From Phoronis australis (Eukaryota > Animalia > Phoronida), in NCBI GenBank assembly GCA_002633005.1, contig NMRA01000009.1, positions 853,169 to 917,168 on the forward strand: 64,000 nucleotides of DNA. Reading direction: 5' to 3'. The translations under genes were made by a program, and so were the position numbers. Each line of letters begins with the position of its first letter. Position 1 is the first letter of the stretch. Positions 12,301 through 24,712 of the stretch are shown here, in pieces. The notes under the pieces were generated by a model. The model was not told the origin of the DNA, made no database searches, and was given only the letters and a program-made list of their open reading frames with translations.

Positions 12301-12620
12301 TAAACAACATCTCTCAGAGACTCGCCTTTGGAGGGGGCCGTTTGCACCCCTATGAACCCGGCACTGTGGGTCGGTCTGTCATGTGAGCTGGGTTCTGAAT
12401 GAATTGTCAAGATCATGTTACTTAATTGTTTACATCCCTTACGTTTTAGGTAACCCTGGGTGACATCTGTGTCTATGACACACTATCGTGGCTTAAGGGT
12501 GCACCAGAAGGAGCAGAGTTTCTCGCTAAATTCCCCAAACTTGACGCGTTCACAGAAAGATTTGAGAGTCTTCCCAAAGTGGCAGACTGGATGGAGAAGA
12601 GACCAAAAACAGAACACTAA
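6313..12620 (+). CDS. Glutathione S-transferase, sigma class (HPGDS / S-crystallin family), 206 aa, 5 coding exons
   Basis: Exons 6313-6445, 6872-6964, 11064-11179, 11903-12010 and 12450-12620 have GT-AG borders and stay in frame. Translation: MSEYELTYFDARGGAEIIRYVFALAGQEYKDIRL..EW..KP / SLFGCLPEL..LCQRGVIASMLARKFG / LMGKDERDAVYIDML / FLAANNDGQGFFVGDS / VTLGDICVYD..FPKL..ERFESLPKVADWMEKRPKTEH*. An acceptor at 6299-6300 suggests an upstream non-coding exon. AATAAA at 12716 and 12772. Confidence 0.93.
7381..8259 (-). CDS. Gypsy integrase (rve core and C-terminus) of the LTR element
   Basis: WQLIASDLFE..LLTVDRYSKYP..PDEIMTDNGPQY..SSPHYSRSNGFIERHV contains the DDE triad; stop at 7381. The 5' part lies in the gap. 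Confidence 0.9.
   Translation of the reverse strand, partial: WQLIASDLFEIDGRHFLLTVDRYSKYPVVDEMKTSVTSHAITTKIRDYCSLFGKPDEIMTDNGPQYTGPAFKAFVTSWDIKHVTSSPHYSRSNGFIERHVRHIKSVVKKCLRQKSDIALAMLQLRATPIDAKLPSPAELLFGRPVVTTLPSRSEPGEDAHRRRLDERATNMKDHHDKRCFKQSLPNLFRGQHVRILDKETKTWRPGTIVHQDENPDSYIVETPNGTRLRRNRHHLRDMMPKRVHFSDDTPTHSASTATSEDSRSTPAVAEPESIIRRSERKTSRPSRYKDFV
8970..9232 (-). CDS. Gag N-terminus of the LTR element
   Basis: ORF MAASIPKMAWDGDDISENLALFKQKMSLY..IGDEGLK.. begins ~440 bp downstream of the 5' LTR/PBS and runs into the gap. Confidence 0.75.
11285..11580 (+). mobile_element. hAT-like MITE (GCGGATCCAGG...AATCCGCCACTG)
   Basis: G-rich left end GGATCCAGGATTTTGAGTTAGGGGGGCC and C-rich right end CCCCCCTAAATCCGCCACTG. 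A related shorter copy lies at ~56955-57099. Confidence 0.6.
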
Positions 12621-12923
12621 ATTGTCATTTCCTTAGCTCTACGGGACCAAAGGTGTTGTCTAATATCGAGCAGACGACAAGTAGTCTAAATGTAGGCGTA
12701 CTTCAAGTATTGCTAAATAAACTGGTCAGATGAAACGTGTAATATTTGCATTGTCAAGTTTTATTGGTTTCAATAAAAATAACACTGCATTGAGATGTTT
12801 CCTCACTCTCCATTTAAAAGATTATTGTTAAGATATTTCTCCTTGCTTACTACTGAAAACACATTGGGTCCCAGGCTTTAATCTTCGAACTTTAATAGAC
12901 TCGAATTGTATGCGAAGTCTTAA

Positions 12924-14119
12924 AGGCCAAGTATGGTGCCAAATTGACTATTTTTACATCTAAAATACATCTATTGATGAAAAACATCAAAGTACTGTGT
13001 CATAGCATACCCCAGTCGTTAATTAAGTAGGCCATCGACAATACAGTAGCCCCATCACGAACCCCATTTAGCGCCAAAAAAAAACTTGAGACGGCGCTCG
13101 CGTCAATCGAAGTCTATGACATCATCGTTACCACGAATTTGGCTTTCACTGTGTCTCCACAGTATTGGAATCAGCGATGACTGGCCATCTAATTTAGTGC
13201 AAAATACGTGGAAAATCAAGGAAACACATTAATTTTTCATTTCATGTCAGTTAATATTAAAAATTGATCAAAATCATTACCTTTAGAATTTTTTATTCAA
13301 TTATTTAGCACATATTCTAATACGGGCCAATATGGGAATCCCCGGGAGTGTGACTGTGGCCGTCGAAACAGCCGGAAAAACAAAACGCTTCCTCTGAATT
13401 GTTATCAGCAATTTCACAATGTTTATTATAAAAAGTAATTTGCTTGATACAAAAACTTTGATGTTAGGAACTTTGCATTCATGTCTTTTTCAGTGAAGCC
13501 GAAGGTGTGAACGCTGCGCGATTCCAATACGCGCGAATGTTGAGTGTGTGTGTCCCGTATTGGTATAGGCGACAATAGGCCGTTTAATTTGGTGCAAAAT
13601 ACTTGGAAAAGTTACAACACATATCAGCTTGATCTTTTCGTACAAAGAAATTATAATCAAATTCATTGAAACTTTATATTAGAAACTACATTTTCAAAAT
13701 AAGTCGCCTGGAAATGCTGCAACCCGTAGCCTATAATCGCCGCCATTTTGACTCGGTCAACCTAAAAAAAACAGTTCCGACAATTTGTTGTGACAGTACG
13801 CAACCTCGTGGCAGCAAAGAATAGTTGATAGAAGAATAAACCGGGGTAAAAGAAACTGTTCAGGCCAGGTGACGTAATCGCAAAACCCCGACTCACAAGA
13901 ACGCACTTCAATTTTAGCAGTAGGCCTAGAAGAGCGGTAGAACGATAATTTTTCCAACACCGGTAAATAATTTGGTTAACTCACTCAAAGAGCGGTGCAG
14001 CTTTTAATGACAATATTTCTGAATCAGATTTTATTTAGTCATTTTTACCCACATCGACGCGAAGCTGTAGATTTTGTATAGCCTACAGCTTTGCACCAAG
14101 CCTAAAACCACAGGCACCT
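12924..14119. mobile_element. Possible Kolobok-like non-autonomous element
   Basis: Bounded by TTAA-AGG.. and ..CCT-TTAA. Internal direct repeat TAATTT(A/G)GTGCAAAATAC.TGGAAAA at ~13190 and ~13585. The TIR match beyond AGG is poor. Confidence 0.3.
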
Positions 14120-14548
14120 TTAAGTAGCCCTCTACAGTATAACATAATAAAGAGAAAGGTACACAACTGACATTCAATATGGCCGTCTGCCGGCCACTTC
14201 CGGAATAACCCAAGCACGTCAAATCTGAGAGTAATTTAACTCAAACATTTTATCTGCGACAGCAACACGTTCATTGCTTCCATTTGTTGACATCGAAACC
14301 AATAAATATCAGAAATACCTCCAGATCTTCCTAGTTCAATCGTCAACATTCACGACAAAGCGAAAAGCAAGAAGGCCTCATATCAGTTTCGTCTAATGCG
14401 CATGCTCATAAGGCCCCTCGCTACATCTTCAGAGCGCTTACATCAACTAAAAACAGCAACATTATTTATATGTTACTCTATGAGCACGCTGATTGGGTAC
14501 AGCAAAAATAGATCACACTTTCAAGGGGCCATAGACAATCCTGGCGTG

Positions 14549-14688
14549 CGTTCAGTAACGCTAGGACCTAATCTAGGACCTAGCTAAAATCTAGCCAAAG
14601 TCAAGTGTTCTCATTTAAAATTCACGGCAACATATCATGTTATCTCGCGAAGTCTTGCTTTTTAGCGAGGTCCTAGCTTTACTGAACG
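14549..14688. mobile_element. Small MITE / foldback
   Basis: CGTTCAGTAACGCTAGGACCT ... AGGTCCTAGCTTTACTGAACG inverted termini. Confidence 0.6.
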
Positions 14689-15796
14689 GGAGGCTGCTTT
14701 TTCACATGCTCATGCGAGGTAGGACGACATAATAATTCGTAAATTACTGTCAAGAGCCTCTTCGCTGAATGTTGCTGTTTTTAGTTACCAATTCTGAGTC
14801 TGTCCAAACTGAGCCAATATCCACCGTGGAATGTTGAATTTCTTCTGGAAGATCTTGGGTGCTGAGGTACAGACACTTTCTGTTTGGGTGAAAACCGGGA
14901 CCAAATTCTCTTCGGTGAACATCACATATGATTTGACTCCACGACTGGTCCTGATCAGTCTTTTACCTAAACTGGCAAGTACAAGCCCATACTTTGCCGC
15001 TGGCCTTGATTTATGTAGTACTTTCCAGCATCTCAGATGTTCTGAAGTGTCTTTAGCATAACTGACTAAAGCCACAAAGCTTTTTTGTTCGTACTTGTTT
15101 GATGAAAATTCTCTAAACGAGCAGAAACGGCCTTTTAAAGGGATTTATTTCCATTTAGTTGACCTGAAATTGTCAAATAAATGATAATGGAAGAAAACAA
15201 AAGGTTACATGTACAGTTTTCTATATATCCTCAAACCTAATTGTCAACTCTAATGTCATCGGGTTCAGTTTTGATACTGATCGCATAATACATTCAGAAA
15301 ACAACTTGTTTACATTTGAACGACCTTAGACTTGATTTTTAACAATTTAAAATAGATTTCTTGCTCAAAATTTTTCTTCAAAACTCTGCTCGTCATTTCC
15401 AAAATATACAGTTTGCAAAACAATTTTCACTAAAATGTGAAGTCGAGGCAACATTTTCTATCAGTCATCAAGAATAACTCTAACTGTATGTTCTAAACGT
15501 TACACAAGGCTGCAAGATGCAATATGGCGGTAAGAAGGTCACAAAAACGAACGCTAAAATTAGCCACAAAAAGTTACTTATTTTCGTTGCTGAAAACATA
15601 CAATTTTGTAGACGGCTAATATGTCCAAGTTGTGGACTCTTGCTCCAGCGGCGAAATTAGAGGTCAAATTTGGCATCTAGATGTTTTGTTAGGATACCTA
15701 TCCATGTACAAAAATGAAGTTGTTTTGAATTTTGACGTATTGACTGATTTTTGAAAATCTACTGGTTTTTATATGGACTGCCTCTTAACATATACT

Positions 15797-16030
15797 AAAA
15801 ATGACTTTCCCATTCAGTTCTCTGAAACAAAATGTTGGGTTGTAACCCTCGACAAGCATCAAAAGTTTTGAGGAAATTTGAAAATTCCTTTCAAAGTCTG
15901 CTAACTTGAAATGGACAAGCGTGACCTACGCTTTTAGCGAATTACACGGCAACTCCAGGAAAAGACCAACCACCAAGAACCGTAATTTTCAATTTGTGAG
16001 GCAGGGAGCGTACGTTTTTAGTTGATTCCT
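15797..16030 (+). repeat. One arm of the palindromic MITE found at 38539-39136
   Basis: Shared AAAAATGACTTT.CCAT.CAGTT.TCTGAAACAAAA...GTGACCTACGCTTTT.GCGAATTACA...TTTTAGTTGATTCCT. Confidence 0.7.
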
Positions 16031-17654
16031 GTCTTTAATTTGCAAGATTGACACCAATTTTGCATTAGCAGATGATAGAACGAGGATTGGTTGAAACCAT
16101 CAAAACAGGGTTTAGTATCCTTTTAAAAGATAAATTTAAGCTAACTTGAAACCTTTTCTCAACGACATTCGACAGTGTGATTCCCCTATAGTGTCGTTTT
16201 TATGCGATTGTTTAGATATGTGGTCTTGATCAATTGAACGAAAGTTGCAAAAGTCCAGAGGAATCCCACCCGTTCTTAAAGATTTACCCCCATTTCATTT
16301 CCTGAATGTTTTTAAAACAATTAAACGATGCACAAGCAGATGTGTTGTATGATCTTGCATTTTACAAACACTTAAGCAGGTTGCAAACTTTCTTTTTATC
16401 CATTTCTTATGCCGGCGTTACTAATTTGTCGATAAGCAATTTTGCACAAGGTTTCTTTTTCTTGCAAAAACTAGCAATGTACTTCACGCGTTTCAACACA
16501 GTCATTATTAAAATAAAATTTATGTCAGAGTGATCTGAATTTTCTTACCTTTCTGACGCGAGTAATTTTGGTAAAACACCAAAACTAATACATGAAGCGA
16601 TTCCGCCAACTAAGCGCACAGTGTTGCATTGTGAGACTTGCTCAGAGCGCCACACTTCTGGTTTATGAGCTGCCGTGAAAACAAACTAAAAACTTCATAG
16701 TGGCATTAGAAGAAATATACAAAATTGAAAAAAAATCTTCCAAATATGTATTTGAATTCCCTACAAAACGGTTCATTTTGAAACAGAACTCTACATAGAG
16801 GGGTTTTACATTTTATTGAGTCTTTTTTGTAAAGAATATAATACAGAGGGTTATTTGTCCAATTGTAATTCAGTACATAAGTGTTTAGCGTGTTCTGTAG
16901 TTTTCAAACTAATACAAAATCCTGATGTCACAGAAGCAACAAATGGGTTTCTTTTAATCAAGCTCACTCTCGAAAAGGTGGAAAATTTTCTTTTGAACTC
17001 TCTAAAAAAGATGGGTAACCTAATGTTCCGGAGACACGCCTAGTCACCAACACCCTTAAGTATACCCCGAGCTCTAGTTACCTCTGATGGTACGTATGCA
17101 GTAATGGTGGGTGAAAGCAAACAACTCGCGATTAATCGTTTTTCTTAAGGCGGAGACCTCGATTGATATAAGATAACTAGCGATATGTATGGAAAACCCT
17201 TCAATTGAAAACAATAAAGCGGGCATAATTTTTCAAAGGTGTCTGTAAATTTGACCATGGTAAACCCATTATAGCCACTACCTACTACTAGACACCGCTA
17301 TATATAATAGTGTATGTGCTGCACTGCCCTTCATTTAGTCGCAGGTTCATGTCGTATACACAAACCTGCTTGGTCTGTACTGCTCGATAGAGGGCACAAC
17401 GCGTTACACGCGTATACACATTAGGCTGCTACATTAATGCGCTATAAATCATGTGGTAGTCTTAGAACATCAATCTTCTAAACAGCTACAACTCCTCCAA
17501 GCCAACGTTGCCATGCTTTTACATTTTCCTTGAATTGAAAGTGTTTACAATAAATCAACAAGATGCCCCTGACGGCTGCCGTAGTTCCTTTGTAGGCCGA
17601 AACTTCATATCCGATTTTGCTCCGAGTTTTGATTAACTCATAAGTCCCACACGA

Positions 17655-17800
17655 CTTCTGGACTACAGACAACACTCCCCAGTGTCGTATAGTGGCGATT
17701 TTTCAGTGGACTACAGCTTACACGCCCTAGTGTCGTATACAGTTTTGGACTACAGCCTACACACTCCAGTGTCACGTACGATTTTTGGACTACAACCCAC
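17655..17800. repeat. Diverged ~40-bp tandem repeat, 4 copies
   Basis: TGGACTACA at 17659, 17707, 17746 and 17786. Confidence 0.7.
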
Positions 17801-17947
17801 ACCCGCGGTCTAATCATTTCACTCCACATCGAACTCAAAGTTATTTTGGTACTCTCTATCCTACTTTAATGCTAATTAAGATGAACGTCTGTAATTTTAT
17901 GCTCGAGTGCATAATATCATTTAAGCTTAAAAGTGGATAACTTTTTA

Positions 17948-18160
17948 ATCCTAGATTGCATTTAATGACCCCATCAGTGAGTATAAAATTTCGAGTCTGA
18001 ATTGAAAACTTCGTGTTTTTACTCGAGTGTTTATGTCGAATGTTGTGCAAGCTTGGACTAGGAACGTATTTGCAGAGTACTCGACCGCAGAACAATAAAC
18101 ACTTGAGTTCGCACAAAAGTAGAACGATAATTACAAAAATAATTTCCAGTTCTATATAGT
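17948..18160 (+). repeat. Dispersed repeat, second copy at ~23850-24190
   Basis: ATCCTAG.TTGCATTT.ATGACCCCA..TTCGAGTCTGAATT..GTACTCGA.C.CAGA..CTTGAGTTC.C.CAAAAGTAGAA occurs in both. The second copy has internal tandem duplications (~23890-23940, ~24024-24148). Confidence 0.7.
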
Positions 18161-19491
18161 GTAGAAAGTTCTCGGCCACGTGACATTGAAAGAAACGTGA
18201 ATTTTTAAGTCTCCAAATTCCAAGAAACTGACTCAAAATTTCAATAGTACACCGACACAACTGTGCCGCAATTCTGTCGGTGTGGTTGATTATTTTGTTT
18301 TAATATGAACTTTGGAATTTTTCATGTACATCGCGCTGGTAGTATGATTGTTTAATTACCGAGTTATCAATGTGAAATTGTCAGTCTTTCCTTCGAAATA
18401 ACAGCTAGAGTTATTTCCAGGGCTCGCACTCTGACGTCACTAATTTCGCGTGGAGCTCAAACTCTGAGGCCAATCAAACTAAAGGGTCTGTAAAAAGACA
18501 AGAATGTCAAAATAATTTATTTCCGTGGCTGTTTTGACTGTTATCTATGACACAGTTCACCTAATTTTCAGGTCAGGTTTCTTACAACAGAGCTAGTGAT
18601 TGTCAAACTTAATTTGTAAGACTTCTGTTGATCACACTTGAAATCATTAAGCGTGCAAGGTTCCTATCGATCGTATAGGACAACCATGACATATGCAGAT
18701 GGAAATTTTCCAAATCTCTGTGGCCAACACACTTTTTACAACAATGTAGCTCATCAAGGCGATCTCGGTTTGTATTGATGATATAGTTCAAAAGCTTCAG
18801 TGTGCATGCTTTTATCCTATTACAAACAGACAGCGATATATTGGACACACTTTGTGGCAAAATTATTTTTCATTCCTTGGATGTCACTTTGCATTTTTTG
18901 ATACAACAGTAAGTTTTAAATTTATAGTTTTCTGACATTTGTGTTTCAGAAAATTGACAACTTCTTTATAAGTCTTGCATTTTTGTGCGTTCGAGTTAAA
19001 CTGAACACAATTTCTACATATTAACCATTCTTTGAAATCTGGAAACTAAAACGCCGGCCGCATGATTCAAGGAAAATTCGGAATGAAATTTTGACTTGTT
19101 GCGTTTACTTCTAACAGGAACAATTGGCATGAGATATGTCAGTGCACTAGAGATATCCCTGTAGGAAACCTTGATTTTATCTTAGAGTTATACGTTCAAG
19201 CCAGTTCCAGCGAATCGTTTAAGACTGGCCGACAGTCGCAGGTTATGTAGTTTTGATTTTAATAGGTCACTCCGCTCAATTAAGCAAATACTGCCCCAGT
19301 GTCGACGTCACAAGCCATGAAGCATGTGGAAAATTTTCTTCACATAAATAATCACACCATCCGTAAGTAGTTAGGAGGATTGCGCCAATTGGCTGCCCTG
19401 ATACGTCTCCCCCTGTTAACAAATGGTACGAGCTGAGCCATCTCATTCACTTAGTATCTGGCACCACCAAGAACACTGCTGTGTAGCCAAG

Positions 19492-22400
19492 ATGGCCGCC
19501 CCCGGAGACGTAGTTCTGATTCAGTTAAGAAGACACCAAAACAGCACACCGTGGGGTTTTCGTCTGCATGGGGGTATCGATCAGAACCTCCCTCTCTACG
19601 TTCAGAAGGTAAAATTGTCTTTGGCACGATCCCAACTTTTGTAGATCACGGAATGACTGGAATTTCTGTTCAAGGACACGTCGAAGGATTCAATGATACG
19701 AATCGTTGCATTCCCGTCCAACACAACTGTGTGGGAGCACGGTTTGTGGAACTCCCCCAGTAATGTGTTTATGGTTGAAATTGTTACTTTAAGCACCATT
19801 CGACGCTAAATGCCGAAGGCCAAGGCCAAAGTTCCAATTGCATTAGTTGTTAATTACTATTAATTTTGTTGATTGAATTGCAAATTAATGGAAATGACAG
19901 AAGCTTAAACAAACTAATTTGTCAATTGAATTATTTACCTTACAGACAACTTCAATTATTCTTCCATACTTTACGACATTGTTTAAAAATTATGATCTTA
20001 TTTACACGATCAACAAGACGGTGGCTCATCTGGGTATCTGCTTACCATCATGAGCCATATAAGGCAGTCGGCGGCGGTCATACTGAGCAAATGTGTTACA
20101 GCAGTGAACGCCTGGGGGCGCTAAAGTCAACACTAGCAGACGAGAAAGAAGAAATTAATTAATCTTAATCATTAAGTTGGAAGTTTTCTTCACGCTTCGA
20201 ATATCGGTTTGCACTATTGGATGTCCCTGAACGGGGTCTATAGATTGCAGTCAGAAGACATGTTGACTCGCAGCAGCGAAACTTTTTAATGCTATTAACT
20301 GTTATGTTTGAATACGTACGCGCATAGACCTTTATTAAATGATTTGGATTGATTATAGAGTTATACAAACGGCAGCGGTTAGCATATCAGTGTTGAAAAT
20401 TCACAATATTCACCGATCATATCACCAATCCACTGCTGTGGTAACGAAGTTTTAATTTCTTTTAAAAATCTTTTTCTGACGCAATGGAAATCTCATCGTG
20501 ATTTAATTTCGGAATCTTATCGTTCAAAACCATCACTTTAGCACTGATCCAATAGCAAGTCACCGAAAGCAAGTGTCTTAAAGCCTTTTTATGTCATCAG
20601 GATTCTTACGTCTGATTTTTTTACAAGTAATCGTAAAATATAAACCGCTCGGTAAACTCAAACTTGCATCAAGCAAACACAGTTCACTGCATAACGCTAC
20701 TGCACAAAAGGTGAGTTTTGAAATGCTAAAATGTTCATTGGGTTCCACTATATACGGTCTTTAGCGTTTATACGCTGAGGGTGCTTGGTGACACGCAACT
20801 TGCGACCGAATTAATAGTGGTTGACCATTGTTTCGGATTACAAACTGGCCGTTGTATGACTGCAAACAAGATATCTTTCCCAAAATACAACCGATTGTTC
20901 CTTTGTACATTCAGAGCATCTCCTGGATTTTTTTAATCTCTTCACAATGTTTGAGTAAAACAATTAGCTAACTGAACGAATGAGTAATGGACATGCGGTC
21001 GAAAGCACGAACATAGCCTTCTTCCATGAATGCAATCATATCACAAAACAATTATTGAATTTCACACTCGGTTAATATGTTGGTTTTCAGACCTCGAACT
21101 CGGTCATTATCACTTTCGTGTTTTGGGTGTGAAAACCAACATAATGACCTCTATTATTATATGATTTGGCTGCTAAGTACCTCAGTAATGGGGTTTCAAA
21201 TAGTTTTGCCCTTTTTTCTTGAACTTACAATTACTTCATTGAGATTCGAATCCGACCTCTCTCATTTCGCAAGCCTAGACTCACTGCGCCAACAGCACGT
21301 CATCGAACTCAATTTTTAAACCTTTTCATTCCATCAGGATTCTGACATTGCATTTGTTGTAAATAACCGTAAAATTATTAAGTACCAGGTAAACAAAAAC
21401 CTGCACCAAGGCTTTACCAGTGTCTCGCTATTCGCATGTCTAGTGATGACATCTAATACATAGACCGGGCACGCGCCACTCAGATACATGGAGCTCCCGT
21501 TGTCGCCATATTGGAGAGTGTTGCACAGGACAAAAATGGCGGAAAACACCGGGAGCCCTACGGCATCAGTCAGAAAATCCGGGGGCTCGCAGTGTTATGC
21601 CTGCAGCCAAAGAGTTATTTTTTGTCCTGCCCTTGAGTCATGGGTATATTGGTTCGGCCATGGAGCTTAGTGGTGCAGCCACTTGGTTTTTATGTTCTGC
21701 CAACACAGTTTAAGCGGAGCGACTATGCGTTGTTTCCAAATCAGTCCTGGTGATTGAGGCCATATAAGATCAATTAAAAAGATAGTTATTGACCAGCATA
21801 TGCTGTTATCCAATGATGATGCTGTTTGTTAATTGTAATTAAGTAAGTATTTGGTATTAATGACAATCATATGTATTTTCACTTGTACTGAAAAATAACA
21901 TCCCCGAACTTTCTCGCCAGCCATCCAAATCAGTACATCTAAAAGAATAATGTATTCTCCACTGCCTTAAAAACTCATTTCTTGATATGTATTCCAAAAT
22001 GAGATGTTTTCTGTTATATAAAAACAAACAAATCCCTGCAAAATCTGTACCTATGTTGAAGTTGATATTGGAAATTTTGTAGATTTGCACTGCTTGCTTA
22101 CGAGCTCTTTGTTTTGCGACTCAAAACTTGCGCAAAAAGTAAAGTGCGTAGTAACCAAAATATCAAACCTGTACGACTGAATTGCGCAACCGAGCTATAG
22201 TATAGTCAAAATACAGAATTTCAACCTCGGAACCGAATGGAACACATTTCAATCTTGTTTCCGCCGTATAATGTTAATTACCGGGGTTAATTAATAAACT
22301 CAACATTTCCCTACGCTCTTGCTGTTTTATTTTTTTTGCGGAAGCCAAAGGGAGAGGCGGGCCCGGGCCCCCTGGGCCCTCCCTAAATCCGCCTATGACA

Positions 22401-24654
22401 GGTGATCGGTAATAAGTCTTGTAGATAATTGAACTGCATGTTTTTATACCAGACAAAAGACTGTGCTCGGCAATTAACAAAGGAGCTAGATGTTATCACA
22501 CGCCCGCAACCGTTGTCCATCTAGTGAAGTTACTAAATGGGAGAACGCCCTAATGAACTTTAAAAACTTCAGTGTCATTCATTTACATGACCCCAATGAG
22601 GTCAGTTTCCACATTAGTTCACATTAAATTTAGACCCCCATTAACAGCGACCCGGGTTTTAGAAAGTTACCCGGGGTCATTTTTCAGACTGAGAAGTCTC
22701 CTATTGGGGCACCAAGAAAGTACGTCCCAAGTGAGCAGCACGTCTCTGGATATAATATATTTGCATCGAGCGACAGGAATTAAATGTTAAATTTACGCGA
22801 TCTTTCTGGTTTCTATTGAAAAAACGAAAAAATAAAACGCTTGCAGTGGATTGACAAGCGTGCAGCCGCTCAGGCTACTCGAGAATCTCACTCGCTGGTT
22901 GCGATCTTCCATTAGTTTGATATTTTCCCTATCGACTGATTGACTCTTAAAAACGCATGTAAGTGCTACGTTTATGTTTTTTCACACTCTTGGGCCTCTC
23001 TATTTGTTAGATATCCCGCTTTGAAAAGGGCAATTTGCCCCGTTTGTTTACACGGCAATTAGCCGTGTCACGTGACTAGTAACACTCTCCAATATGGCTT
23101 CAATTTGTCAGCGGCAGGAGCGCGTGTGCCCGGTCTATGTGATGTATATGGTCGCGCGATTTAGACCTACATTTTCACAAATTTTTCTGGCACTGTACTT
23201 TTTAGATTCAGGTAATTTATCGCTTAAAAATGATGTGTTTGGAATACTCGATGTGCCCCGACAACGGTTTCACCCTTTGTATGCTTTCGGGATTACGATT
23301 GAAGAGGTCCATGGCCTGCTATTAATTGTCGAAGTGCTTAGTAATTTACAATTATACGTAAACCTGGCCTAATTATAATTCCTTTTAATTTCGGCATTTT
23401 AATTTTATTTGACTGATTTCAAAAACGTCGAAATGACGTTATTCGTTATTTAACAGGCGAATCGAACGAAAGATGTTTTCAATAGCTAAAATCTTAGCCG
23501 ATTTTCAATACCCGGACTTTAGCACGAACAATCTGAACGTTGTGGCATGCAGCTTGCGATCACATTGATAGAACAAAATGTCGATTGTTTTATGTCCACA
23601 AAATATGACATCTTTCCCCACATGTAATCCAGTTTTGCTTCATCCATTTCCGTCGTCTCGTGCGCCCGGGGTCCATTCCTTGTATACTGGAAGTCGAACT
23701 CGAGATTTTTGGCATTTCTTGTTCTACTTTTGTGCCAACTCATTATAAGTGCCTATTATTCGTTGCTAGAGAACATAATGCCTTACGAGAATAATTCAGT
23801 GTCTAATCCTAGCAAAGATATTATATCCCAGGTAACTATAAAATCGTTGATCCTAGTTTGCATTTGATGACCCCAGAATTAAGAATAAAAGTTCGAGTCT
23901 GAATTCGAAATTTCGAGTCTGAATTCGAAATTTCGAGTCTTTCTCGAAATCTCAAGTTTTTACTCGAAGTGGTTCAAATTTAGGTGTCATTAGGTGTGAA
24001 CATGTACAAGAAACTTATATGTATAAACGATAGCGTACTCGAGCAGAGACTAATAGACACTTATCTTGAGTTCACTCAAACTTATCTGCATAAACGATAG
24101 CGTACTCGAGCAGAGACTAATAGACACTTATCTTGAGTTCACTCAAAAGTAGAAGAGTAAATACCGAAAAATATTTCGAATTCGATTTCGAGAACAAAGA
24201 TTAGACCCGGTACCTGGAAGCTTTTTCAAAATCTTTCCACAACGTCTTGGGTAAAACTTCTACCTGTCTACATAGTTGACATGCGACTTTAGGCCTTAAC
24301 ATATCCTCCATCCATAAATTGCTTAGCTACAGCTATCTTATAATAAAACAATTACTAAGTTCCACAGTCGAACGTTACCAAATTTTTGTTGTCTAAAGGT
24401 CAAATTTTCAGAAATCGAACCCACACGCACCCGAACAGTCTACCGCTAAGCCAAATACTGCGCGTTAAGTAGCAGAATAACTTAAGCGTACTGAGACGGT
24501 GAAGATACCAACATATATTTCATCGAATGCCTGACACACAATGGCGAGAATTGGAAATTTGTAATAAAAATCACAGAAACAACGAAATTTGTCGTTGGGT
24601 TATTCAACGGTTGTGGCCATGTCACACTGATAATGTGGTATAATAATGAAATTT

Positions 24655-24712
<58 letters not shown>

